Origin: an uncultured Gemmatimonadaceae bacterium
GTDB lineage: Bacteria > Gemmatimonadota > Gemmatimonadetes > Gemmatimonadales > Gemmatimonadaceae
Direction: 5' to 3'
Length of the DNA stretch: 64,000 nt
NCBI GenBank assembly: GCA_963761305.1
Contig: CAVXGK010000002.1
Coordinates: 544,001-608,000, forward strand
Part shown: piece by piece, positions 10,110 through 19,998 of the stretch
Numbering within the stretch: position 1 is the stretch's first letter
How the letters are laid out: each line of letters begins with the position of its first letter
Position numbers and translations under genes: made by a program
Notes under the pieces: generated by a model
Told to the model about the DNA's origin: nothing
The model's input: the letters and a program-made list of their open reading frames with translations, nothing else
The model's database searches: none

Positions 10110-10934
10110 ATGCCGCGCGAACCGCGTCCGCCGCGCGGACTTCCCCCAATCCGGAAGAGTCTCGGCCAGCATTTTCTCGACGATCGGCGCATCCTCGACC
10201 GGATCGTCGACGCGCTCGAGCCGGGCGAGAACGACACCGTCATCGAGATCGGGCCGGGGCGGGGGAGTCTCTCCGACGCGCTCGTGCGGCGCGTCGGTCG
10301 CCTGATTCTCGTCGAGTACGATCGCGCCCTCGCGGCGCGGCTTCGCGAGCGCTACGCTGGAACGCCGAGCGTGTCGGTCGTCGAGGGAGACGTGCTCGAG
10401 GTGTCGTTCGGACCGCTCGCCGGCGGACCGTTCAAGTTGATCGGCAACGTGCCCTACTACATCACGACGCCGATTCTCTTCCACGCGCTCGAACCGCCGC
10501 GCGCGTCACGCGTCGTGCTGCTCGTTCAACGCGAGGTCGCCGATCGCATCGTCGCGCCGCCGGGGACGAAGACCTACGGCGCGCTCTCGGTCAACGTGCA
10601 GGTCGTGGCGAGCGCCAGGATCGCGTTTCGCGTCGCGCCGGGCTCGTTCAACCCGCCGCCCAAGGTGGAAAGCGCCGTGGTGGTGATCGAGCCGCGGGCC
10701 GATCCGGTCGTCAGCGCTGAGGAAGAGGACTCGCTTCGGCGATTCGTGCAGGACGCGTTCGGCATGCGTCGCAAGCAGATGCGGCGCGTCGTGAGGTCGA
10801 TCGCCTCAGTCGACGCCGAACGCGCCGAGGCGGCATTGGCGCGCGTGGGGATCGATCCCGCCGTGCGGCCGGAGACATTGTCGCCCGTCGAGTTCGCGCG
10901 TCTCCGGAGAGAGTTGTTCAGTCGCGGTTCGTGA
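10110..10934 (+). CDS. rsmA: 16S rRNA dimethyltransferase RsmA/KsgA
   Basis: KSLGQHFL, EIGPGRG, GNVPYYIT, FNPPPKVES. Confidence 0.95.
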   Translation: MPREPRPPRGLPPIRKSLGQHFLDDRRILDRIVDALEPGENDTVIEIGPGRGSLSDALVRRVGRLILVEYDRALAARLRERYAGTPSVSVVEGDVLEVSFGPLAGGPFKLIGNVPYYITTPILFHALEPPRASRVVLLVQREVADRIVAPPGTKTYGALSVNVQVVASARIAFRVAPGSFNPPPKVESAVVVIEPRADPVVSAEEEDSLRRFVQDAFGMRRKQMRRVVRSIASVDAERAEAALARVGIDPAVRPETLSPVEFARLRRELFSRGS

Positions 10935-11541
10935 GCGCGAAGCTCAATCCCTCGAGCTCCATCGCCATGTTCACCGTCTTGAGCGTGACGTCGGCCGGCG
11001 CGTGGAGCTGCGTGGGCGCGAAGTTGAGGATTGCCTTGACGCCGGCCCGCACGACGCGGTCCACGACACGCTGCGCTTCTTCTCCCGGCACCGTGACGAC
11101 GACGATGTCGGGCCGCTCCCGATTCGCATCGCGCTCGAGGTGCTCGATGTCGCGAATCGAGATGCCGTCCAGGTTCCGGCCGATCTTCTCGGGGTTGTTG
11201 TCATAAGCCGCGAGAATCGTGAAGCCGCGCTGACGGAAGCCGCGATACTGCGCGAGCGCCGCGCCGATTTTTCCCGCGCCGACGATCACGACGCGCCACT
11301 CGCGTCCCAGGCCGAGAATCTCGCGCAGCCTGCCCGCGAGCTCCGGCACGGAGTAGCCAAGTCCGCGCTTGCCGAAGGACCCGAAGAACGACAGGTCCTT
11401 CCGGACCTGCGCCGACGTGGTCCCGCCGCGATTGGCGAGCTCCTCGCTCGAGATGGTGGTCAGCCCGCGTTGCTCGAAGTCCTCCAGAAAACGGAGGTAC
11501 GCCGAGAGTCGTCGGACCGTAGAGTCTGCAATGCGTTTCAC
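10918..11541 (-). CDS. rex: Redox-sensing transcriptional repressor Rex (alternative ATG start at 11568)
   Basis: STVRRLSAY, QVRKDLSFFG..GKRGLGY, VGAGKIG, ILNFAP. Confidence 0.95.
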   Translation of the reverse strand: MKRIADSTVRRLSAYLRFLEDFEQRGLTTISSEELANRGGTTSAQVRKDLSFFGSFGKRGLGYSVPELAGRLREILGLGREWRVVIVGAGKIGAALAQYRGFRQRGFTILAAYDNNPEKIGRNLDGISIRDIEHLERDANRERPDIVVVTVPGEEAQRVVDRVVRAGVKAILNFAPTQLHAPADVTLKTVNMAMELEGLSFALTNRD

Positions 11542-11556
11542 GTAAACGGGCGCTGC

Positions 11557-11574
11557 TTGTGAATTCATTCACAA
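11557..11574. promoter_or_regulatory. Rex operator TTGTGAA-TTCA-TTCACAA
   Basis: Perfect match to the TTGTGAANNNNTTCACAA Rex box, directly upstream of rex. Confidence 0.9.
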
Positions 11575-11624
11575 GTTAAATGAAGGCGTAGGACGACACC
11601 AGCGGCGCGGCTAGGTTTGGACCC

Positions 11625-12863
11625 ATGCCGCCGGTCCACGTATCGTCGGAAATCGGACAGCTCAAGTCGGTCCTCGTCCACTCGCCGGGACCAGAACTGC
11701 TCGCTGTAACTCCAAGCAATCGGGCCGATTATCTCTACGACGACATCATCGAGGCCGAGTCCGCCCAGCGGGAGCATCGACGATTCATCACCGTCCTGGA
11801 ACGATTCGCCAAGGTCTACCAAGTCCGCTCGCTGCTCGCCGAAACACTCGGCACCCAGGAGTCGCGCGAGCTGTTGATTCGCGAGACGATGGACATCGTC
11901 CCGTCCGAGCCGTTGGCGCGCGACATCGGCGAGTTGGACGCGTCCGCACTGGTGCAAATGCTCATAGAGGGGCGCGACGAGCCGCCCGGCCCGATTGCCC
12001 GGGCACTCAACGAGCCCGGCCACGTCCTGCCGCCGCTCCCCAACCTGTTCTTCACGCGTGACAGCTGCGTCGTCGTGGGCAATCACGTCCTCGTCGGGTC
12101 GATGCGCTACGCGATCCGCTGGACGGAAGCGATCATCATGAAAGCGCTGTTCATGCACCATCCCGAGCTGCGCAACGCCGGCATTCTCTACGACGGCGCC
12201 GCCGAACGCCGCGTGAACTACACGATCGAAGGCGGCGACATCCACCCGCTGCGGCGGGACCTGGTGGTGATCGGCTTCAGCGAACGATCCAGCCCGGCCG
12301 CGATCGACCAGCTCGCGTCGACGCTGTTCGACGAGACTGAAGTGCGCGACGTCGTGGTCGTGGTCATGCCGAAGGAACACAACGCGATCCATCTCGACAT
12401 GATCTTCACGCAGGTCGATCGCGAACTGTGTGCGGTCTTCCCGCCGCACTTCATCGGACCGGAACGCCTGCCCGTGCTGCATTGGCGAAAGGGCGAGCAG
12501 ACGATCCACGAACAACCGAACATGTTTGCCGCGCTCTCGGAGTGCGGCATGCCGTTGGAACCGATATTCTGCGGCGGCGACCGTCGGACGCTGCAGGAAC
12601 GCGAGCAGTGGGCGTCCGGATGTAATTTCATCGCGATGCGTCCGGGGCTCATTCTTTCTTATCAGCGCAACGAGGCCACGCTGCACGAGCTGCGTCGCAT
12701 GGGATTTCGCCTCGTCGCCGCGTCGGCATTTCTGAACGGGGACGAGCGGATCGCCGAAGGCGAGCGCGCCGTGATCACGTTCGAAGGGAACGAGCTCGTT
12801 CGCGGTGGCGGCGGGCCGCGATGCATGACGTGCCCGGTGTTGAGGGAAGATCCGTGGAACTGA
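11625..12863 (+). CDS. arcA: Arginine deiminase
   Basis: SEIGQL, PNLFFTRD, EGGD, HLD and catalytic GGGPRCMTCP. Confidence 0.9.
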   Translation: MPPVHVSSEIGQLKSVLVHSPGPELLAVTPSNRADYLYDDIIEAESAQREHRRFITVLERFAKVYQVRSLLAETLGTQESRELLIRETMDIVPSEPLARDIGELDASALVQMLIEGRDEPPGPIARALNEPGHVLPPLPNLFFTRDSCVVVGNHVLVGSMRYAIRWTEAIIMKALFMHHPELRNAGILYDGAAERRVNYTIEGGDIHPLRRDLVVIGFSERSSPAAIDQLASTLFDETEVRDVVVVVMPKEHNAIHLDMIFTQVDRELCAVFPPHFIGPERLPVLHWRKGEQTIHEQPNMFAALSECGMPLEPIFCGGDRRTLQEREQWASGCNFIAMRPGLILSYQRNEATLHELRRMGFRLVAASAFLNGDERIAEGERAVITFEGNELVRGGGGPRCMTCPVLREDPWN

Positions 12864-12891
12864 AGCGGATGGTCCACCTGTCCACCCGCCG

Positions 12892-13812
12892 ATGAGCCCT
12901 ACCCTCGGCACGGCAGACACTATCCTCACCGAGCGCGCGGCGGGCTATCTCGCCGGCGGGCCCGCCGATTCACAAACGCTCATCTCGCACGTCTGCCAGC
13001 TCCCGGGCGCTCCGCCGATGATCGCCGAGCACATGGCGGCGGCGCTGTTCGCCGGGCACCAGCGGTTCACCCGCACGACGGACGGGCGGTGGACGCTGCG
13101 CGAGCGCGCCGTGGACGGCGCGACGTGGACGCCGGCCTCGAAGCGGCGAGGGGCGCAGGTCGTCGTGCGGAGATCTCCGCTCGACAACGAGTCGTTCATC
13201 GTCGTGGACGTCGAGGCGACGGGCTCGCGCGCCAGCTACGGCGATCGCATCACGGAAATCGCCGCGGTCCACGTGCAGCGTGGCGTCGTGACGCCGGTCT
13301 TCGAGACGCTGGTGAATCCCGAACGGCCGATTCCGCCGATGGTCGTCGCGCTCACCAAGATCACCGCCGAGATGGTCCGGCGCGCGCCGAAGTTCGCCGA
13401 GATCTGCGGCCAGTTGCTCGGCGTGCTCGAAGGGCACGTCTTCGTCGCGCACAACGCGGGCTTCGACTGGCGGTTTCTCTCGGCCGAGGTCGAACGCGCG
13501 ACCGGCCGGCCACTGCTCGGACGACGCGTGTGCACGGTGCGACTCGCTCGGCGGCTTCTTCCGCAGTTGCGCCGGCGGAATCTCGACGCCATCACGCACT
13601 TCTACGGCATTGAAAACCACGCGCGGCACCGCGCGGGCGGCGACGCGCTCGCCACAGCCCGTGCCTTCGCCAAGCTCCTCGACGCGGCGCGCGACCGCGG
13701 CATCGCGACCGTGGACGAGCTCGATCGCCTTTCTCGAACGCCGTCCGGGCGGCGGAAAAAGCGCCGCCCGCCCGCGATGCCTCACCCCGTTTCGGACGAC
13801 ACGACCTCATGA
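12892..13812 (+). CDS. DEDDh 3'-5' exonuclease (DNA Pol III epsilon/PolC-exo-like) with N-terminal extension
   Basis: VVDVEATG, VAHNAGFD, HRAGGDA motifs. Confidence 0.85.
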   Translation: MSPTLGTADTILTERAAGYLAGGPADSQTLISHVCQLPGAPPMIAEHMAAALFAGHQRFTRTTDGRWTLRERAVDGATWTPASKRRGAQVVVRRSPLDNESFIVVDVEATGSRASYGDRITEIAAVHVQRGVVTPVFETLVNPERPIPPMVVALTKITAEMVRRAPKFAEICGQLLGVLEGHVFVAHNAGFDWRFLSAEVERATGRPLLGRRVCTVRLARRLLPQLRRRNLDAITHFYGIENHARHRAGGDALATARAFAKLLDAARDRGIATVDELDRLSRTPSGRRKKRRPPAMPHPVSDDTTS

Positions 13813-13819
13813 GCCCAGA

Positions 13820-14752
13820 ATGAGCACCGAAGCGAACCCCGTCGTCGCGCGCCATGGCGACTCGAGTGCGACGCCCGACCATCTCGTGCCGTCGGTGCAG
13901 ACGCGCCAGGTCGGCGGCCTGACGGTGCACGCGATTCAAGCGGGCGGGCAAAAACTCGACGGCGGAGCGATGTTCGGCGTCGTGCCGAAGCCGCTCTGGG
14001 AGCGCAAGGCGCCGGCCGACGCGCGCAACCGAATTCAGCTCGGCATGCGCTGCCTGCTCGTCGAGCATCCGATCGGCCTCGTGCTGATCGACACCGGGGT
14101 CGGAAACAAAGAGAACGAGAAGTTCCGGGACATTTACGGAATTGAAAACGCGGGGCAGGCGGGACCGACGTGGCTCGAGGACGGATTGGCGTCGCTGAAG
14201 CTCGAGCCCGACGACATCGCGATGGTGATCAGCAGCCACCTGCACTTCGATCACGCCGGCGGCAACACGACCAAGGGCGCCGACGGCGTGATTCGCCCGA
14301 CCTTTCCGAAGGCGCGCTACGTGATGCAGAGCGGGGAGCTCGACTACGCCAGGCACACAAACGAGCGAACGGCGGCGAGCTACTTCCCGCACAACTTCGA
14401 GCCGTTGGCGGCCACCGGGCAGCTCGAGTTGATCGACGGCGACCGCGAGATCGTCGCCGGAATTCACTCAGTGCTGACGCCGGGACACACGCCGTATCAC
14501 CAAGGCCTGCTCATCGAGTCGAATGGCGAGCTGGCGTTCTACATCGCCGATCTCGCGCCGACGGCGGCGCATTTGCCGCTGGCGTGGATCATGGGCTACG
14601 ACGTCGAGCCGCTGGTGACGCTCGAGACCAAGCGGCGGATTCTCAAGCGAGCCGTGGACGAGCGCTGGCTGGTCGTCTTCGAGCACGACCCGAAGAACGC
14701 CTGGAGCCGGTTGGGCTATGACGGGCGGACGTACGGACTTGCCACTTCTTGA
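13820..14752 (+). CDS. Metallo-beta-lactamase-fold hydrolase (YtnP-like)
   Basis: LDGGAMFGVVPKPLW, SHLHFDHAGG, TPGHT, FEHD. Confidence 0.9.
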   Translation: MSTEANPVVARHGDSSATPDHLVPSVQTRQVGGLTVHAIQAGGQKLDGGAMFGVVPKPLWERKAPADARNRIQLGMRCLLVEHPIGLVLIDTGVGNKENEKFRDIYGIENAGQAGPTWLEDGLASLKLEPDDIAMVISSHLHFDHAGGNTTKGADGVIRPTFPKARYVMQSGELDYARHTNERTAASYFPHNFEPLAATGQLELIDGDREIVAGIHSVLTPGHTPYHQGLLIESNGELAFYIADLAPTAAHLPLAWIMGYDVEPLVTLETKRRILKRAVDERWLVVFEHDPKNAWSRLGYDGRTYGLATS

Positions 14753-14777
14753 CCTAAACGGCCTTCGGGCCTAAGTT
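14749..14777 (+). promoter_or_regulatory. Sigma70-type promoter of the infC operon
   Basis: TTGACC-17 bp-TAAGTT. Confidence 0.7.
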
Positions 14778-14783
14778 TAGCCC

Positions 14784-14926
14784 ACAATCAGAAAAGCGGA
14801 CCGACCCTCGGTCCCACCCTCTGGCCCTCGCCGTTGGCGAGGCGTGCTGCAGGAGTCCATGAGATCCTGGCATCCCGATGGGAATGCCGGGCGTCGCGCG
14901 GACTCTTTTGGGTCCGCGTTTTTCGT
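14784..14926 (+). ncRNA. Structured infC-rpmI-rplT leader (candidate L20-type attenuator)
   Basis: Terminator hairpin CGCGGACTC/GGGTCCGCG plus T-run at 14897-14923; competing 5' segment AAAAGCGGACC; hairpin GGACCGA/TCGGTCC. Confidence 0.6.
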
Positions 14927-14948
14927 TTGTCTCAACGAGGTTTTCTTT

Positions 14949-15464
14949 ATTCAGGACACCACAAAGCGCGTACGAGTCAATCGACAGATTCGTATCAGTC
15001 CGGTTCGCGTCATTGGAGCAGACGGGTCGCAGCTCGGCATTCTGGAAGTCGACGCCGCGCTTCGCATGGCGGAAGATCTGGGACTGGATTTGGTGGAGGT
15101 CGCCGCGACCGCCAGGCCGCCCGTGGTTCGCATCATGGACTACGGGAAGTACAAGTTCGAGATGGCCAAGCAGGCGCGGCTGGCGAAGAAAAAGCAGCAC
15201 GTGATCGAGCTCAAGGAAGTGAAGTACCGACCGGGCATCGACGATCACGACTTCGACACCAAGACGCGGCACGCGCGCCGGTTCCTCGAAGAGAAGAACA
15301 AGGTGAAGGTGACGATGATGTTCCGCGGGCGTCAGGTCGCGCACCCCGAGCTCGGCCAAGCCGTGCTCGACCGGGTCGCGTCGGCGCTCACCGACATCGG
15401 CAAGATCGAGAGCGCGGGTCGTCTGGAAGGGAAGTCGATGACGATGATTCTCGCGCCAAAATGA
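14949..15464 (+). CDS. infC: Translation initiation factor IF-3 (ATT start)
   Basis: [33 protein letters not shown] followed by in-frame ATT, as is typical for infC. Confidence 0.93.
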   Translation: MQDTTKRVRVNRQIRISPVRVIGADGSQLGILEVDAALRMAEDLGLDLVEVAATARPPVVRIMDYGKYKFEMAKQARLAKKKQHVIELKEVKYRPGIDDHDFDTKTRHARRFLEEKNKVKVTMMFRGRQVAHPELGQAVLDRVASALTDIGKIESAGRLEGKSMTMILAPK

Positions 15465-15483
15465 AATTTCAGAGGGACTGACG

Positions 15484-15678
15484 ATGAAAATGAAAACCCA
15501 CAAGGGCGCGAAGAAGCGCTTCAAGGTGACCGGTACCGGCAAGGTCCGCCGCTACAAGGCGTTCAAGAGCCACATCCTCACCAAGAAGACCGCCAAGCGG
15601 AAGCGCCGCCTGCGACAGGCCGGTCTGGTGTCCACGCACGGTGAAGAAAAGCGACTGAAGCGCCTGCTGCAGGCCTAG
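15484..15678 (+). CDS. rpmI: 50S ribosomal protein L35
   Basis: [19 protein letters not shown]. Confidence 0.97.
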   Translation: MKMKTHKGAKKRFKVTGTGKVRRYKAFKSHILTKKTAKRKRRLRQAGLVSTHGEEKRLKRLLQA

Positions 15679-15696
15679 GAACGGGAGAAGCCACCA

Positions 15697-16059
15697 ATGC
15701 CTCGTGCCGTATCGAACGTTCCGCGCCTGAAGCGGAAGAAACAGATCATGAAGGCCGCGCGCGGCGCTTTTGGCGCGCGCAGCAAGCTGTGGCGTCCGGC
15801 GAAGGACAACGTCGAGCGCGGATGGAAGTACGCCTATCGCGATCGCAAGAACAAAAAGCGCGACTTCCGCAAGCTCTGGATCACCCGCATCAACGCCGGG
15901 GCCCACCAGAACGACATGAATTACAACACGCTCATGAACGGCCTGAAGCTGGCAGGGATCGAAGTGAACCGAAAGATCCTCGCCGATCTCGCCGTGCACG
16001 ATCCCGAAGCGTTTACCGCGCTCGCCGTCAAGGCGCGCTCCGCGTTGAACGCAGCGTAA
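15697..16059 (+). CDS. rplT: 50S ribosomal protein L20
   Basis: YAYRDRKNKKRDFRKLWITRINA, NRKILADLA. Confidence 0.97.
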   Translation: MPRAVSNVPRLKRKKQIMKAARGAFGARSKLWRPAKDNVERGWKYAYRDRKNKKRDFRKLWITRINAGAHQNDMNYNTLMNGLKLAGIEVNRKILADLAVHDPEAFTALAVKARSALNAA

Positions 16060-16075
16060 GGTCTCGCTCTTCACT

Positions 16076-16115
16076 CGACGGCGGCAGCGCGACCTCGGTC
16101 GTTCTGCCGCCGTCG
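16076..16115 (+). terminator. Strong GC hairpin downstream of rplT (no U-tract)
   Basis: CGACGGCGGCAG / CTGCCGCCGTCG 12-bp stem with an inner stem. Confidence 0.5.
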
Positions 16116-16124
16116 TCGCATTGT

Positions 16125-16164
16125 CGGTGGACCGGTGGACCGGTGGACCGGTGGACCGGTCGAC
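16125..16164. repeat. 8-bp tandem repeat (CGGTGGAC)x4 + CGGTCGAC
   Basis: Directly visible between rplT and pheS. Confidence 0.95.
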
Positions 16165-16197
16165 CGCTCGAGCCCTCAGCACTACATCCCGATCTCG

Positions 16198-17226
16198 ATG
16201 GATCTCAACGACTACCTGGCCGACGCCGACAACGTCGAACGAGAAGGGGCGACCGCCCTCGCGAGCGCCGCTGATGCCGACGCCCTCGAGGCGGCGCGCA
16301 TCGCCGTGCTCGGCGACCGGCACGGCCAGGTCAAGGCGCTGCAGGAAAGTCTCAAGGCGATCGCCAAGACCGACAAGCCGGCGGCGGGAAAGCGGTTCAA
16401 CGAGGTCCGTACGCGGCTCGAAGCCTTGCACACCGAACGCAAATCCGCGCTCGACCGAGCGCGCGACGGCGCCAAGGCTGAAGACCTCACCCTGCCCGCG
16501 CGGCGGCAATGGCGCGGCGCCAAGCATCCGGTCACCATCGTCAACGAGGAGATCGAAGCGATCTTCCGCGAGCTCGGGTTCACGATCGCGACGGGGCCCG
16601 AGGCCGAGACGGAGTGGTACAACTTCGGCGCGCTGAACTTTCCGCCGAATCATCCCGCGCTCGACGCACACGACACGCTCTACCTCGAGGGCGGTGGCGT
16701 ACTGCGCACGCATACGTCGCCGGTGCAGATCCGCACGCTCCAGTCGTATCCGCCGCCGATCCGCGTGCTCATCCCGGGCACCGTGTATCGCCGCGACTTC
16801 TTCGACGCGTCGCACGCACCGGCGTTCCCGCAGATCGAAGGCCTGTGTGTCGACGAAGGCATCAGCTTCGTCGACCTCAAGTCGGTTCTCAACCGATTCG
16901 CCGAGCGCTTTTTCGGCGCGTCGCGCACGCGATTCCGTCCGTCGTACTTCCCGTTCACCGAGCCGTCGGCCGAGATGGACGTGCAGTGCGGCGTGTGCGG
17001 CGGCACCGGCTGCGCGGTGTGCAAGGGAACCGGTTGGATCGAGATCCTCGGCTCCGGCATGGTGCATCCCTCGGTGCTCGAGGCGTGCGGTGTCGACAGC
17101 GAGCGATACACCGGCTGGGCGTTCGGCATGGGACCGGCGCGCATCGCCGTGAGTCGCTACGGCATTCCCGACATCAGACTCCTCTACGATTCGGACGTGC
17201 GCTTCCTGGAGCAGGTCTCCGAATGA
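16198..17226 (+). CDS. pheS: Phenylalanine-tRNA ligase alpha subunit
   Basis: LRTHTSPVQ, RPSYFPFTEPS, GWAFGMG. Confidence 0.97.
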   Translation: MDLNDYLADADNVEREGATALASAADADALEAARIAVLGDRHGQVKALQESLKAIAKTDKPAAGKRFNEVRTRLEALHTERKSALDRARDGAKAEDLTLPARRQWRGAKHPVTIVNEEIEAIFRELGFTIATGPEAETEWYNFGALNFPPNHPALDAHDTLYLEGGGVLRTHTSPVQIRTLQSYPPPIRVLIPGTVYRRDFFDASHAPAFPQIEGLCVDEGISFVDLKSVLNRFAERFFGASRTRFRPSYFPFTEPSAEMDVQCGVCGGTGCAVCKGTGWIEILGSGMVHPSVLEACGVDSERYTGWAFGMGPARIAVSRYGIPDIRLLYDSDVRFLEQVSE

Positions 17227-19721
17227 ACGTCTCGTACGAGTGGCTCAAGGCGTTCGTTCCCTTCGAGCAGTCGCCCGGCGAGCTGCGTGAGCTCATCACG
17301 TCGCACGTGGCGACGGTCGACGAGCTGATCGCGTTGCGGCAGGAGCTGGCGCCATTCGTGATCGCGCGCGTCGTCGAGGAAACGGCGCACCCGGATTCGG
17401 ATCACCTGCACGTGACGCGCGTCGACATGGGCACCGGCACGTTGCTCGACGTCGTGTGCGGCGCGCCCAACGTGCGCGCGGGAAAGCTCTATCCCTTCGC
17501 GCCGACGGGCACCATGATGCCGAGCGGCCTGACGATCCAGAAGCGGAAGATCCGCGGCGCGATCTCGGACGGCATGCTCTGCTCGGCGCGCGAGCTCGGA
17601 CTCGGCGACGAGCAGGACGGCATCCTCGAGTTGAACATCGACGTCGCGCCGGGCACGCCGCTGTTGCGCGCGCTCCCGCTCGGCGACACGCAGCTGGTGA
17701 TCGACGTCGGCGCGAATCGACCGGACTTGCTCTCGCATCTCGGCATCGCACGCGAAGTCGCCGCGCTCACCAAGAAGCTGCTCGCCCTGCCGGCGATCGA
17801 GAACCTTGGCGCGTCGGTGCCGCCGGCTGTGCGCGGCGAGGACTCCGGCCGGGCCGACGATCTCTCCGTCCGCGTGGCCGAGCCGGGACTGGTGCATCGC
17901 TTCATGGGCGTCGTGATTCGCGGCGTGAAGGTCGGACCGAGTCCGTCGTGGCTGGTGAAACGCCTCGAGTCGGTCGGCTCGCGGTCGATCAACAACGTGG
18001 TGGACGCGAGCAACTATGTGCTCCACGAGCTCGGACAGCCGACGCACGCGTTCGACCTGTCGAAGCTAGGCGGAGGTTCGCTCATCGTGCGACGGGCCGC
18101 GGCCGGCGAACGCATCACGACGCTCGACGGCGTGGACCGCGCGCTCCGAGACGACATGATCGTCATCGCCGACGCGCAACGCCCGCAGGCGGTCGCCGGC
18201 GTAATGGGCGGCCGCGACAGCGAAGTCACCGAGGCGACGACCGACATTTTTCTCGAGGTCGCGAACTTCGATCGCGGCCGCGTTCGCGCGGCACGTCGCG
18301 CGCTCGGGCTCTCCACGGACGCGAGCTACCGGTTCGAGCGCGGCGTGGACGTCGAGCTCGGACCCAAAGCGCTCGAGCGCGTGGCACTGATCGTCACGTT
18401 GCTCGCCGGCGGAAGCGTCGCCGGCGCGCCGGTGGATCTCGCCGGGCCGTCGGCCAAGCCGGAGAAGAGACCCAGCATCGCTGTGCGCCCGTCGCGCGTG
18501 TCGGCCGTGCTCGGCTCGACGATCGGCGGCGGCGAGGTCGAGACGCTGCTCCGAAGCGTCGGGTTCGACGTTCAGCTCGCCGCGGACCACCTCAAGGTCA
18601 CGTCCCCGTCGTGGCGGCAGGACGTGTCTGCGGAGGTCGATCTCATCGAGGAGGTCGCGCGCTTGCGCGGCTACGACAGCTTCCCCCTCGAGATTCGCCC
18701 GTTCAGAGCCGGGACGGTGCCCGACGATCCGTCGTGGATCACCTCCAAGCGCGTGCGCGATGCGCTCGTCGGCGCCGGGATGCTCGAGCTTCGGCCGATG
18801 CCGTTCGTCGCGGGCGGCGAAGGGTTCGTGCGCGTCACGAACCCGCTGGCTGAGAACGAGGCATATCTCCGGCGCAGCGTGCTCGACTCGCTCGCGCGCC
18901 GCGCCGAGTACAACCTGGCGCGCATGCAGGGGAATCTGCGCCTGTTCGAGATCGGGTCGGCGTTCGAAGCGGGCGGCGGACGTCTTCCGCTCGAGGAGCT
19001 TCGCGTGGGCGCGCTCGTGATGGGGCGGCGGCAACCGCCGCACTTCACCGATCCCAAGTCCAATGACTTCGCCGCCTGGGCGGCGTACGACGAGTGGGAC
19101 GCGAAAGCGCTCGCGAGCACCATCGCGCGTGCGGTGTTTCCGGGCGGTACGATCGGCATTTTGGCGAGCGACGCCAACGACGGCGACAGCGCAGTCTCGC
19201 GCCTGACCGGCGGGGCCGACTCGAGCGTGCTGTGGACGGTGAATGTCGACGGGCGGAAGGTGGGCGTGGTGCGACGTCTCGAGTTGGACGCACCCGTTTG
19301 GGCGGCGCCGGCGTTTGGCGTCGAGGTGTCGCTCGGCGTGATGTCGTCAGATGACGTGGCGCCGGTGGGGAAGTCGGCATACCGAGCAGCGGAGAAGCCG
19401 CGGCAACTCGGGCATCGCTTCACGGCGCTGCCGTCGATGCCGGCCTCCGAGTTCGACCTCGCGCTTTCAGTGCCCGACGGCGTGCAGGCCGAGCAGGTCG
19501 AGACCGTCATGCGACGCGTGTCGGGCAAGCTCCTCGAAAGCGTAGAATTATTCGACCGCTATGTTGGCGCTGGAGTTGAACCTGGGTATCGCAGCCTCGC
19601 GTGGAGGTTGACGTTCCGCCATTCGGAGCGCACTCTACGGGATCGCGAGTTGGACGCACGCCGCTCCGAAATCCTTCGCGCCCTGGCCGACGAGCTCAAT
19701 GTCAGACAACGAGCCACTTGA
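17223..19721 (+). CDS. pheT: Phenylalanine-tRNA ligase beta subunit
   Basis: VVCGAPN, GMLCSARELG, NRPDLLS, SYRFERGVD, DLIEEVAR and C-terminal FDX-ACB domain. Confidence 0.96.
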   Translation: MNVSYEWLKAFVPFEQSPGELRELITSHVATVDELIALRQELAPFVIARVVEETAHPDSDHLHVTRVDMGTGTLLDVVCGAPNVRAGKLYPFAPTGTMMPSGLTIQKRKIRGAISDGMLCSARELGLGDEQDGILELNIDVAPGTPLLRALPLGDTQLVIDVGANRPDLLSHLGIAREVAALTKKLLALPAIENLGASVPPAVRGEDSGRADDLSVRVAEPGLVHRFMGVVIRGVKVGPSPSWLVKRLESVGSRSINNVVDASNYVLHELGQPTHAFDLSKLGGGSLIVRRAAAGERITTLDGVDRALRDDMIVIADAQRPQAVAGVMGGRDSEVTEATTDIFLEVANFDRGRVRAARRALGLSTDASYRFERGVDVELGPKALERVALIVTLLAGGSVAGAPVDLAGPSAKPEKRPSIAVRPSRVSAVLGSTIGGGEVETLLRSVGFDVQLAADHLKVTSPSWRQDVSAEVDLIEEVARLRGYDSFPLEIRPFRAGTVPDDPSWITSKRVRDALVGAGMLELRPMPFVAGGEGFVRVTNPLAENEAYLRRSVLDSLARRAEYNLARMQGNLRLFEIGSAFEAGGGRLPLEELRVGALVMGRRQPPHFTDPKSNDFAAWAAYDEWDAKALASTIARAVFPGGTIGILASDANDGDSAVSRLTGGADSSVLWTVNVDGRKVGVVRRLELDAPVWAAPAFGVEVSLGVMSSDDVAPVGKSAYRAAEKPRQLGHRFTALPSMPASEFDLALSVPDGVQAEQVETVMRRVSGKLLESVELFDRYVGAGVEPGYRSLAWRLTFRHSERTLRDRELDARRSEILRALADELNVRQRAT

Positions 19722-19998
19722 ATCGCAAGCGGTCGCCGAGCTGGACCAACTCGTTCGGCATCTCGCCGACGAGTTGGCGGCCTTTCGCCGACGCGCGCTG
19801 ACGGCGGAGTCGAGACTCAAAGAGGTCGAGAGTCAGGACGGCGGCGCGATCGCCCTCGACCTGTCGAGCAGAGTGACGACCCTCGAGCGCGAGAACGAAC
19901 GGCTGCAGAACCGGCTCGACGAGGCCACGGCCCGCGCGAAGCAGATGCTCGAGCGGGTCCGGTTCCTTCGCCAGCAAGCTCGCGGGGGTGAGCGATGA
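19699..19998 (+). CDS. Coiled-coil protein (ZapB-like)
   Basis: 99-aa coiled coil between pheT and zapA; call rests on synteny. Confidence 0.65.
   Translation: MSDNEPLESQAVAELDQLVRHLADELAAFRRRALTAESRLKEVESQDGGAIALDLSSRVTTLERENERLQNRLDEATARAKQMLERVRFLRQQARGGER

Noticed and set aside
14844..14948. Upstream GTG start giving a 206-aa IF-3
   Set aside because: It lies inside the structured leader, upstream of the terminator; SD plus ATT at 14949 fits IF-3 better
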